A DNA stretch of 63,510 nt, filler included, from Licmophora abbreviata (lineage: Eukaryota): the NCBI GenBank assembly GCA_900291995.1. It is 12 parts of 12 records of this genome, joined end to end, with 100 filler letters (N's around TTAATTAATTAA, not from the genome) between each part and the next. Parts side by side here need not be neighbours in the genome. Positions count along the whole stretch, not along the records: positions 20,097 to 22,687 come from OLMU01000579.1; positions 22,788 to 37,819 come from OLMU01000581.1; 10 more parts are not named here. One strand, 5' to 3'. Below the pieces are notes generated by a model that was given only the letters and a program-made list of their open reading frames with translations, did not search any database and was not told the DNA's origin. Shown one piece after another: positions 21,781-32,585 of this stretch (within the stretch, counting starts at the first letter, position 1; each line of letters starts with the position of its first letter). A program made the translations under genes and the position numbers.

Positions 21781-22857
21781 TGCACTCCCTTTGAAGCTAC
21801 TGCACTCTCCAGATGATATGGACTGTTAACCACCGAGTCAATCAATGAACGTCGAGCAAGAAAGGCCCCGTGAGTTGGGCTCCCTTACTTAAATATGAGC
21901 CTAAGGCGGCCTAATCACGAGCTGTGTTTCGCGTGTTGCGATGGTCGGATATATCCCAACCACTTGCATCCGAAATCTGAATTGGCATCAAAAAGTGAGA
22001 ATAGATTTTCTGAATCACGAAACACGAATTTGTCACGGATGGGCATATGTAAAAATGTCATTGCATCAGATCGTAAAAGTCATTATGACCCTGGTCGTAC
22101 ACCTTAAATGACTGTGACTCACTCGACTAAAAATGGGCTGGCCCCATCATCGTTGCGCAAGCGATTTCAGATTTCAAATCAACCATCGATACAATACCGT
22201 GCACCGAACATGACGTGATTGACCAATGAAAGATGAACTGATCAATTAACGGCACATGAAATCCTTGACAAGAGCTGTAATGTGACTTGAAACTCGAGAT
22301 CTCGAGATACGAGAGAGCTGGCAGCTTGCACGGGGCATCACGCATCACGGCCGCCGATGAACGACGACTCCAAACTCCACGTGTGGTCCTTCACTCTGTG
22401 GGATTGCTATGTATCATACGAGATTAGCACGCGCTGTCCTCTAAACACATGGTTGCGTGCAAGAAAGTCACCGCTCAGCAATTTGCCCCGCAGTTTCGTA
22501 TCATGGTCACGACAAAGTCAGGTTCGAAGTTGCGTCACCTTCCCGGCAAAGTCTCATCAGAAAGAGATCGAGCTATAGAGCGAGATAAATGCCGCGCTTC
22601 GCTTGTGCGAGTGTACATCCGTCCCTCCTTGAACAAAAAATGGCGGGAAACTCGAACTCACTTTCAAACGTCTATTGCGTGGACTGGNNNNNNNNNNNNN
22701 NNNNNNNNNNNNNNNNNNNNNNNNNNNNNNNTTAATTAATTAANNNNNNNNNNNNNNNNNNNNNNNNNNNNNNNNNNNNNNNNNNNNCAGTTCCTGTGCT
22801 GTCGAGCTCAGGTCCGAATCCAACCAAATATATTGATTTCCGTGCCGGGATGACGAG

Positions 22858-25800
22858 CTAAGACCGCATTCCTTCCAAGTATTTCGCGAAGGAAATATCC
22901 ACAAGATTCTGGTGTGCTGTGCCGTTTGGGTTTGTCTCTCTAGCCCACTTCACAGCCTTTCGACACTCTGCATCATGGATCTGTACATCGCTCCCCGAAA
23001 GACACTTTATCAAGTCATTTAGCACACCAAGGTCTTTCTGAGACCGACGAAAGGGAGCATCAGCAATTGGGCTGTCTACATCCGCTGCGCCGCTCACAGA
23101 TTCAATCGGTGGAAGGAGCTCGACTCGCGCCTTCATCTTTTCTGCTGGTTTTCGTTGTTCGATTCCTTTCGAATTGATGTTCTCTTCGTCCGAGTCATCC
23201 ACAAGACAAACGACGATCCCGCGAGTAGTCCCCATGACTTCGCCTTGTCCAGCCTCCGTTTGTCGATCTATCTGGTCCGTCCTCTCTTCACAAGAGCCTC
23301 TAAGATTGTTGGTATTTGGGGTGGCCCGTTGACATTCGTTTTCGATATCGTCCGAGGTTCGTACTGCCGTTGATTCCGGAGACGACCCATGCAGAAATGT
23401 CCCACGAAATCCACGCTCTACCGTTCCCCTCTTTGTCGTGCTACCAGATTCACCAATCGAGTCGTTCTTGCCAGAAGTCGTATTGGCCAACTCGAAGACG
23501 GAGTCCATCAAGGCTGCCTCCTCTTGTTGACGAGCTCCCGTCAACCTTCTTTCTGCCTCCGAATGATCTAGAACCTTCTGTCTACAAACGAACGTTGAGC
23601 CCAGCAGGTCCCTAGAGGCTCCGTTTTCTTCGTCCACGTAAGACTTCAAGATTTCTTCCAATGTCTTTTTGTTCCACGAAAAAGGGAGTTCTACAACGTC
23701 GTGTCTCTGCTGTTTGGAGCTAGCGCAACCATTGTAGTCCGAGTCGACAAGGTCGTCACCCACACTCTCTGATTTGGACTCAGTCGGAACGATCAGAAAT
23801 AGTTTCTCGCCAATTCGATAATCTGGGCATTTCTCCATAATGAAGAGCCGCAACGCCGCGAGATTGTGATGAAGCTTGATCTGCAGCATGTCTTCCCTGA
23901 CAATCCCTCCAAAGGGATATCTTGTTTTCTTCTTCCGAGACGAACGTCGGAGAAACGTGCTTTCCGACTCACCCGCTTCATTACTTGACAACTGGTCGGG
24001 TAGAATGGATGAGATGACGTCCCTAACACTTTGCCCCGTTTCAACTTCGTAGATACGGAAGTAAAGTTCGTCATCGGTAGCACTGTCGTCAGTGCCAGTC
24101 ATATCGACAAGGTTTGAAATCTTATTCTTGAGAACCTCATCGCCGTTTTCTGCTTTCCCCAGAGTCTGTTCTTCCCTGAACGATCTATTACATGACGGGT
24201 CATGACAAACTTCCAAGTCGCAGCTGTGTTTGATTGAAATAGAATCTATGCTTTCTGATTCCTTCTTCGCGAGTCCCGTCAGAGACAAGGGTGAGCGGAT
24301 GACATAGTGATGGGTCTTCGCTAGGGACTTCGTTCTATCGCCGATTGTACGGCGTTCGAGTTCATCGGACATGCTCCCCTCTACGTCACCCTGTTGCCCA
24401 TCAATGACCAAGGCAAGCTTGAAGATCGACTGAATCCAAGACAAATACTCTGCCCGGGTCAACGGCTCAACCAAGGTACCGAGTTTTGAAAGCCATCCCG
24501 TAGTGGAGTCACGAAGACAAGTATCTGCAGGGAAGAGTGCACTCTGACAGGGAAGGCCATGTGCGGTGCAGATTAGAGGTCGTGGACACCACCTTTGAAA
24601 TAGCCTATCCAGAACCACTTCGTTGACATCAGACGCTTCTGGTGTCGAATTCGAATCGATGCTTTCTGTAGAAGAGTTGTTGAAGAGTAGGTCTTCTATG
24701 TACTCTTTCGTCTCGAAACTATCCTTTTTGAACTTCGCGCTCTTGAAGGCTTTCCGAAACGACACTGCATCACTCAGATGAACCAAGTAGACATCTTGCT
24801 CGCACACAAGATCACTAGCTTCCTCTTCAAGAAGTTTTGACAATACTTCTTCCATAGAACGAGTCCCTTTCAAAAAGCTGCCAGCATGCGACGCCTGAGT
24901 GTGGGCTGCCCAAATGCACAGACTCGTCCCCAATTCCTCCTTTTCTACTTCCTCGTTACGACAGTAGGGACAGTGATCAGGATACTTTTCATGTGCGAAT
25001 GCGCTTGAGAGAACTTCCTTTCTTCGCTTGTGCGTGATCGCCCTTGGAAAAAGGGTTTTCAGCGGCATCCAAACATCTCCCGAGACACATCGAACATTGC
25101 GCTTATTGGTAGTCACACTTAGTCCCCCATGTTCGCCTAGCGTAAGTTGTACAAGCGAATAAAAAGGATTGAGTCTTTGACCTCAGCGAAAACCCAGTGG
25201 AGTTGACTTCCACAAACTTACAAGTAATTGACATATTGATAAGCGGATCAAGCTCATTGTTCGTCCGAGTCGTAGTGTTGTCCGTGGAATCTGAATCGCG
25301 CGCACACCTTGTCATACAAGAAAACTGGGAAAGATCTAGAGCATCCACGCCTTCACATATGCTCTCACTCGCACCATACATTTCTAGTTTTGCCCCTGAG
25401 GAATGATCTTCGCCCCCTTCAAGGCATTTCATAATTCGCATTATCACACCGCGAAACTTTGTAATAAATTTCTTTGATACATAGTAGACGAATTCCTCGT
25501 TGTCGCTATCCGAAGAATCGTCCATAATCGTAATCGCCTGACTCTGCGGTGCAAGGTCCTCGTACAGTTTCTTCAGCTGTCGTATGATGCGCAGCTTGCA
25601 CGAAAGCTCCTTCCGATATGATGCCACACACTCTCCACAGTATAGACTTTGATCCGGGGAAATGATACAGTCGTTTTCGAAATCCTCAAACGGGAGCTCT
25701 GGCTCCGAGTTTTCTAGTTCGCTGCGAATGACGCCTGCATAGGCTTCGTACACAGGGCGTGGTAGAAGCTTACCGCGACGTGCGATTCGGGGATGAAGGC

Positions 25801-28307
25801 CAGCACCGTGCTCACACAGATGGTGTGTATGCCTCAGCACATTTTCATGTGCAAAACCCGCCAAAGATTCCGTATCCGACTGACACGCAAAGAATCGTCG
25901 GAGAGCACTTCCGTCCACCCAAACCGGAGGCAGAAGACGGTGAACATACGAATTTGTTGATACGCTAAACACAAGGCCACCTGCAGGGTCGGAGAGAGCG
26001 TCAGACAGCTTCTGTACGATTCCTTGCCTCCGACGATTCAATCGCTCTGCGATCCTACCATCGTTTTCGCACAGCCTTCCAAAACAGCGGGGAAGTGTGA
26101 GTTCAAACATCGGAACAGCATACTCTGTGGTAAGTACCGAGAACACTCACTCTTTCAGAAGAGAATATCTGTCACGCCGCTCTTTTGCCACAGTCCAGAG
26201 GATTGTGGGCTCTGAAGTGTTGGGCGTTTCATCGTTCTTGGATTTGCATCGGTAGCCCAGATTTGTGCGTGCAGTCTTGGCAAGAAAGAGTTCTCTGACG
26301 TAGTACATATTGTACGCGTCTTTGCTCCCAGGTGGAAGTTTCTTTGGGGACACATAATTACTTTGGGACTTGTAGCTACAACTTGGTCCGCCATCGAGAA
26401 CAGTAACCGACTCATCGTTGAACTCGAACCACGTCCCTGAGTGCCAGTCCATCGCCTCCGCCACATAGTGCCCTTGGTACGCCGACGTCCCCTGGTGTTT
26501 CATTACTGCACAAAGAAGGTACTTCGTCGCAGCACCCTCGCCTTTCTCGGGCACGTTCAGCACGCGAGGAAGGAGAACCTTGTCAGACAACTTTTTCTTC
26601 ACACATTTGGCCCGATCGAACACGTAGCGAGATATCTGAACGTTCAGTACCGGAGGGAGTTTGTGAAGGGCCACCACTCGCTGAGCATCTCGCTTCTTTT
26701 TGCAAGTTTCGCAGAAGTATTGGTTGTCTCCTGATAGCTCCTCCGCTCTGAGATACTGATCCAGACAATATTGCACAGTCGTATCCCCCTGTACACCAAA
26801 CGCTTCTGTGAGACTTAGCTGACCTGTTCGCTTGGCAGGCGGCGATGCCCCTGAAGGGTGCTCAATTGGTAGGTTGATATCCATGAAACCTTCCTTTCTC
26901 TCAGATACGGTCCGGCATGTCATACAGGTCGTCTCGTATGCCATCATTCCTTGGAACAAGGAAGGGAGCAAGCCAGAAAGACCCGTATTATTCACAAAAG
27001 CCTCGTGCATTCGCTCGAACAATAACCGCGCAAACTCGTTGGGGTCCTGCATTTCGTCGTTTTCGAGTCCCAAAGCCGTCGAGAATTCCTGCGCCGTGAC
27101 CGTGGCCTCGCCTCCGTGTACCATGCGAGCCAAGAGAAGCTGCAGTTTCGACAAGACAGAATTCATCATGAGGCTTCGCGACGACTTCGTCGATCCATCT
27201 GTGACTGGCTTCCATGAAAATATGCCGTCAAGAAATGCGAGATTCTGCGCCAAACACTGCAGCTGCGAGTTCAAGTAGCATGTCGCTCCAAGATTTCTAA
27301 TGCCGGGTGGCAATGCAAGTGCGATGGTCGACCCAGCCTTTTGATTACCATTAGGTATGAGCGGATTAAAGAACATACGAGGCTTGTGCAACGAGCGGAG
27401 TTGGGTCATGTAGATTTCTGTTGTAAGATTCGCTGGCGAGTGTGGCAGTAGATATCCCTCGACATACGCCCGAACGGACGCGTACGCTACCTCGCACGGC
27501 CGCCGCGCTTCCTTGAGCTGTCCGGTCGTAACCTGGCTGTACATACTTGGATCATTTGGATCCAGGCTCAGCTGCTCCGTCTGCTTATGCGCTGCCTCGA
27601 CGGGGGACAAGCGCGCCTTCTTGGCTTCCGGTTTCCGCGAACTATGCTCGTCGTCGTCGACATGGATAACCTCATTTTGAAGGAATGGCTCCCCGTTTTC
27701 TATTTCTGATTTCTTTTTATCAAGAACTTTTGCTGCAGTTTGACCGAGCAGCTCGTCCATTGCGCCTCCCACGGACGCCAAACAGAACTGTACATCACAG
27801 AACAGGACGAAATCAGACAATCGAAAAAGCGAGCGCAAGAGTCAATGTTCTCTTCGTACGTACCGGGTTATAGTCGCAAGCAAAGTCGGTCTGAGAATTC
27901 TCTGGTCGCTTGCCTAGAAGGTCAAGCTCAGTTTCAACTGGGGACTTGCGCTTGCGCTTGTTTCTTTTCCTTCTCTGAGTCTCGTCGTGTTTTTCCGTCC
28001 AGGCAATGAGAGAGCGACATGCGCAATGGGCCGTCTTGAACACCTTCCGACGAGCAGTGTCTTCGTCTTCTTCGCCCTCAATATTTGAAATATATTGACA
28101 GGATTTCCACGGACACGCAGCGTCTACAATGCCGTTCTCCATCGTCATCATGCCTCGGTACGGATCAGTCTTCAGTTCGTACTCGGCTCGATCTAGGATG
28201 CGCTGAAATGCTTCCTTTTCGGGTTTTTCTTGACTCTGAGTCTTTCTTGTCCTACTCGTTATTCTATTTGACAGGCCCATGAGACGGGGCTGCCGTGTAG
28301 TCGGCAT
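22858..28307 (-). CDS. Ubiquitin C-terminal hydrolase, USP48/UBP26-like; introns 27788..27863, 26076..26150, 25137..25221
   Basis: Cys box GIRNLGATCYLNS, QDPNEF, His box HQGTSAYQGHYVA..W.EFNDE. Splices give YNP|FCL and IT|CEHGGL; repeated C.HG motifs. Confidence 0.88.
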
Positions 28308-28539
28308 GGTTGACGATTTCTTCCACGAGCAACAGTGCACGACGGCCGTCACGATATCATGTTGCTGATGGGAAAAAGTTGGAGGCGGCGCGCGTATATT
28401 TTCGGGGTGCAGCGCGCCGACCGGAAAAGCTCCAAGCGCAGATCGATCCCATCGAGCCGAAGAAAGTACCTGGTATGATATGAAGATGCACACAAGAAAA
28501 GACGATCCGTACATTATTAGAAGCCTACTAACGGTATGT

Positions 28540-30690
28540 CTAGTTGAAGAGAACTCCGTCGTTGTTATCTACTCGAAGAATGCCTCCATCAGGGAGAGCT
28601 GTGATAAGCTCATCCAGCGCTTCTCGTACGTGTAGATCCATCTCTTCCTTGCTAAACGTCGTCTGCATCTGTGCCGAGTTTCGCCGATCGAGAAACACCG
28701 TGCTATTGCGACTGATTCCACCCGCGATCATTCGGCCCTCTAGCGTCACTACTGTCTTCACCTCGGGATGACTGACGAATGGATAGCTTCCAAATATGAC
28801 TTGAGGGTGGTTAGAGACGACCGAGTTCAGCAATTGAACAATGGAAGGTTCGTCCACAGTCAGTACAACTCGGTACGAAACGCTTCGTTCCAGTTGAGAC
28901 GACAGGTACATTGAGAGCGCCTCGATTTTCTTTGTAAAAAACTCGGGAATACCTGGAAGAACAAAGATATTTCGACATTGAAGCACCGGCCAGTCGCTCT
29001 TGTTCTCTGTAAAATACCTCAGGTTGCTACGAGATGGCAACGTCGCCATCTTTATCTGAGCTTCCGTGAGCTCGATCGACGCATCGCCGCCGCTCATCTT
29101 TTCTCGCAGTAGCTGTGCCATTTCTTCATTAAGAGCCAACTCACGATCCAATGCCACAGCGACGCTCTTGAGGGTAACGTCATCGTGCGTCGGACCTACG
29201 CCCCCTGATGTGATAATTACGTCCACTTCACTCTGCATGCGACGGATCTCGGCCACAATGTCGTCTTGGTCGTCCGACACCACAACCACTCTCGCCAACG
29301 GCACATTGTGCTCCCTTAGTGATTTGGCCGCAGTATGCGTATTCGTATCGGCTGTCATACCCTTGAGGATTTCGTCGCCAATCACCAAGAGACCCACGGA
29401 ACGTTGAAGTCCGTGTGATGAGTACGAGGGATTGGAATCGCGACTCTTGGGGGGAGGTGGGACCGTCTCAGCACCACCGACTCGAGGATCCTTCGCTTCA
29501 CCAGCACCGAGGGTACTCACACACGAGAACGAACTGGGCGGCGAGTGTCCCAGAAGAGCCTTGTGGGCTTCAGGCTTTTCACTCGTGACCTTCGGCTTTT
29601 TCGCCTCCTTCTTCTTTAGCTTGTCTTTTGGAATTCGCCCCGCTCGTTCCTGGTCCCAGTCGCGAAGCATATAGGCTGGCCAGTACTTTGGAACACTGCT
29701 GGTATTGTTCCATTTCGCCCCTGCGACTGCCAACGCCGGACATGGCAATGTGTCCTTGACGGTCCCTAGGCTCGTGTATCCCATATCGTACAAGCAGCAA
29801 TACGGAAGATGAAAGAGGCGCAAGAAGTGCCAGACTTGACCATAGGTCCACTCCAGGACTGGGTTTACTCGCATGAACGGTGGCATATAGTGTGAAGATG
29901 GAGCAAACTGGCCTTGAGAACCAGCGTTGGGATCGGTTGTCCTAGTACCCAGCACGAACGCCATCGGGAAGGCGACGGATGAACCAGTTGGAATGTTGTG
30001 ATCAACGAGAATCTTGAGTCCATCCGAGAAGGACACGCCCTGTTCGAACGCCACCATGTCCAAGTCATAATCATCCACTGTCTCGTGAAGTAGCGATTTC
30101 ACCTCTGGAAATTCATCTTGGTGATCAAAGTACACCACACGAGGCCGACACGGAGCAAGCATAGGACTCGACTCGAGAATCGTACGATAGTACTGTGCAT
30201 GAGCGGCTCTCATCAAATGCAAGATAACCACAGCATCTTTTCCTCCATTGTAGGAACAGAGGACTGACTCGGGTCCGTACAGGCGATAGGCATGCTCCAG
30301 ACAGTTCAACGCGTCCTTGATCCCCGGTGCTACATACGAGTCGGCACACTGTATCAGACGGTCGTAGAGGGCCAGCGACGAGCTGTACTCGCTATCCGAC
30401 CACGGTGGATGAGCAGACAGCAGCGACTCTACGTGTTCCTCTTCTTTTCTCAGAAGTCTCCAATTTGGAATCGCCGTAGAATCTGTCTCTACCAAGCTCA
30501 TTCTTCTCTGAACTGTTCCCGATCGCAGGCCGGCAAGCTCCAGCTGTCGGCTGTGAAATTTGGAAGTCACCCCAAACGCTTCGCAAGGAATAATCCAAGC
30601 CTTTTGCCTCTCAATTGAAGGCAGCAGCCCCTGCGCGACTAAGAACAAACCGCAATATCCACACAATCGTACTCTACTGCACACACTCAT
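28540..30690 (-). CDS. Bifunctional FAD synthase (PAPS-reductase domain plus molybdopterin-binding/CinA-like domain) with bipartite leader
   Basis: SYNGGKD, GTRTTDP, RVNPVLEW..W, YC.LYD.GYTSLG, ERAGR; then IGDEILKG..DTN, GGVGPTHDDVT, LPGIP. Confidence 0.92.
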   Translation of the reverse strand: MSVCSRVRLCGYCGLFLVAQGLLPSIERQKAWIIPCEAFGVTSKFHSRQLELAGLRSGTVQRRMSLVETDSTAIPNWRLLRKEEEHVESLLSAHPPWSDSEYSSSLALYDRLIQCADSYVAPGIKDALNCLEHAYRLYGPESVLCSYNGGKDAVVILHLMRAAHAQYYRTILESSPMLAPCRPRVVYFDHQDEFPEVKSLLHETVDDYDLDMVAFEQGVSFSDGLKILVDHNIPTGSSVAFPMAFVLGTRTTDPNAGSQGQFAPSSHYMPPFMRVNPVLEWTYGQVWHFLRLFHLPYCCLYDMGYTSLGTVKDTLPCPALAVAGAKWNNTSSVPKYWPAYMLRDWDQERAGRIPKDKLKKKEAKKPKVTSEKPEAHKALLGHSPPSSFSCVSTLGAGEAKDPRVGGAETVPPPPKSRDSNPSYSSHGLQRSVGLLVIGDEILKGMTADTNTHTAAKSLREHNVPLARVVVVSDDQDDIVAEIRRMQSEVDVIITSGGVGPTHDDVTLKSVAVALDRELALNEEMAQLLREKMSGGDASIELTEAQIKMATLPSRSNLRYFTENKSDWPVLQCRNIFVLPGIPEFFTKKIEALSMYLSSQLERSVSYRVVLTVDEPSIVQLLNSVVSNHPQVIFGSYPFVSHPEVKTVVTLEGRMIAGGISRNSTVFLDRRNSAQMQTTFSKEEMDLHVREALDELITALPDGGILRVDNNDGVLFN

Positions 30691-30901
30691 CTCGTCATGT
30701 TTGCAACACGTTGATGTTTGAGTTGATAGATGCGTTCAATGTTCAATGTGATGTCTCGCCGCAAAGAAAAAGTGTGGTCGCGCGCGAAACGTGACGGACT
30801 CTGACAGACTGAAGGATTCGACGGGCTCTATTGAGACGAGGGAGACGTAAACCATAGGTTTCTAATGATTGTGCTAAGATAGCTGCTATGTGTGCGACAT
30901 G

Positions 30902-31945
30902 CTATCTTCCCGAAGTCATCTCGGCAGTAAATACTAATGGGTGCGAAGCTTCCACCGACACACAATCTGCCATCACCCGGTTCGAAGTGCTGACCAATCC
31001 ACCAAATTCAGTCGGAACGGTCCCGTCCAAGTCCCATTTCAGACCAGTCGTCTTGACAGAGTCGCACCTGCCACCGATCGGAATCAATCCGCATGTAGGG
31101 CCCTCTCCAACCAAGGCAATCGCGACTTGCGACTTCTCGTTCTCCGGCGCCTCCCCAAAGAACGGAAGTCGCACGTGATTGCGAACGTTAGGCGGCAGAA
31201 GGAACGCACACGTCTGGTCGTCGTACAGGACAAGTCTGTTGTCAAAGACAGGTCCCCATTTGTACAATGCTTGTATACACCCCATTTCTTGGTCGAAGCG
31301 ACCTCCGAAAGCTCCGTACACACAAACACGTGGACAGTCTTGTACAGTGTTGGGATCCACCCATTGGTCGCGAGAAGAGTCGACAAGGCGCAGAGCCTTG
31401 TCCAAATCGTTGCGATATTGATCCTCATCTTTTTCCACTTTAATTCCTTGTTGCTCATAGTGCGCCCGTACGGTGGGTCGTAACGAGTCCAGATCCCCAC
31501 AAATTGCCTGCGGAACATACTTGGCCGAGTTAGAGACCTCCATAGTCGCATCGTACAGTCGATTGGCTCCACCGTCCGCACAGACACGAAAGGAAGACAT
31601 ATTCCACAGTATGTCAAACAGTAAACTAGGAGGTCGTTGGATGGGACTGTTCAGAATCACGAGAGCCATGCTGGTTCTGATCTTTGCGTCATCGTTTGAC
31701 AAGAATGGGCTGTCGAAAGAGTGATGAGGAGAGACAGTCTCGCAGGTGGTCCGAGAAACGTCTTTCGCCATGCTTGACAGAGAGAGTACCGACTGCTTCA
31801 AGCTTCTTCTTAGGGAAAGCGAACGAATATGGTTCGGACAGAACAGCAAGACGATCCAGCACAGACACAGCGCCGTCGAGTCGCGGGATCGACAGCTGAC
31901 GCTTCCCGCCGAGGTGGATTTGACTTCCGCCGACAAGCAGCTCAT
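30902..31945 (-). CDS. TPK1: Thiamine pyrophosphokinase
   Basis: CADGGANRL, GDLDS, DQY.NDLDKAL, GAFGGRFDQ, CGLIPIG, TTGLKWDL, FGGLVSTSN. Confidence 0.95.
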   Translation of the reverse strand: MSCLSAEVKSTSAGSVSCRSRDSTALCLCWIVLLFCPNHIRSLSLRRSLKQSVLSLSSMAKDVSRTTCETVSPHHSFDSPFLSNDDAKIRTSMALVILNSPIQRPPSLLFDILWNMSSFRVCADGGANRLYDATMEVSNSAKYVPQAICGDLDSLRPTVRAHYEQQGIKVEKDEDQYRNDLDKALRLVDSSRDQWVDPNTVQDCPRVCVYGAFGGRFDQEMGCIQALYKWGPVFDNRLVLYDDQTCAFLLPPNVRNHVRLPFFGEAPENEKSQVAIALVGEGPTCGLIPIGGRCDSVKTTGLKWDLDGTVPTEFGGLVSTSNRVMADCVSVEASHPLVFTAEMTSGR

Positions 31946-32585
31946 TCACTAATTTCGTTCCACGGTGATAACTTGTTGACTGAGCGGTAAACAGTTTTTA
32001 TCGAAAGGAATTGTCATCGTCTAGTCATGAGAGAATACGAAGTATAGGTTCACTGTTGCTCGATGTGTCGCCGTCGCCATCATCGTCATCAGCCCCAATG
32101 TGTGTGTGCATGTGGCTGCATCGCATTTTTCCGTGGTAATTTTGAGGTCTGTCATACCACCCCACCAAGCTTGCTCCGTGATGCTCACAGCCGTTCATTT
32201 CTTTTCTATCTCCGGGTTGGACACAGCGGGAATCAATCAGTTCTGAACCGGGAATCAAAAGTACGAGTATGACGCGTGAATGAACTAGAAAGTTTGTAAC
32301 ACAGGAATAAAATCCGAGCCGACCCACGTAGAATGTATACTGGTTCCTACATGAGGCGGGTGGCGGCGACACCGCGGCAAACAAAAAATGCGCCAAAGGC
32401 GTGAGAGGGTATCGTACGCGTGCATGCAGTCTCCTCAGTTCTAACACGAGTGTTGCCGCTGCACCATGCCCAGACGCCTTATGCCCCTCTGCTTAGTTTG
32501 GTATATTTTTTTGGTCGGTCAACGGAAGTCAGTAACGTAGGTGGACGCTTCAGTGGCTGTCGGCGCACGACAGTGTAAGAAAACA

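Noticed and set aside
30691..32100. Possible TPP riboswitch near TPK
   Set aside because: No CTGAGA…CCTGA…TAAT core found by eye on either side; an Rfam scan would be needed to exclude it fully.
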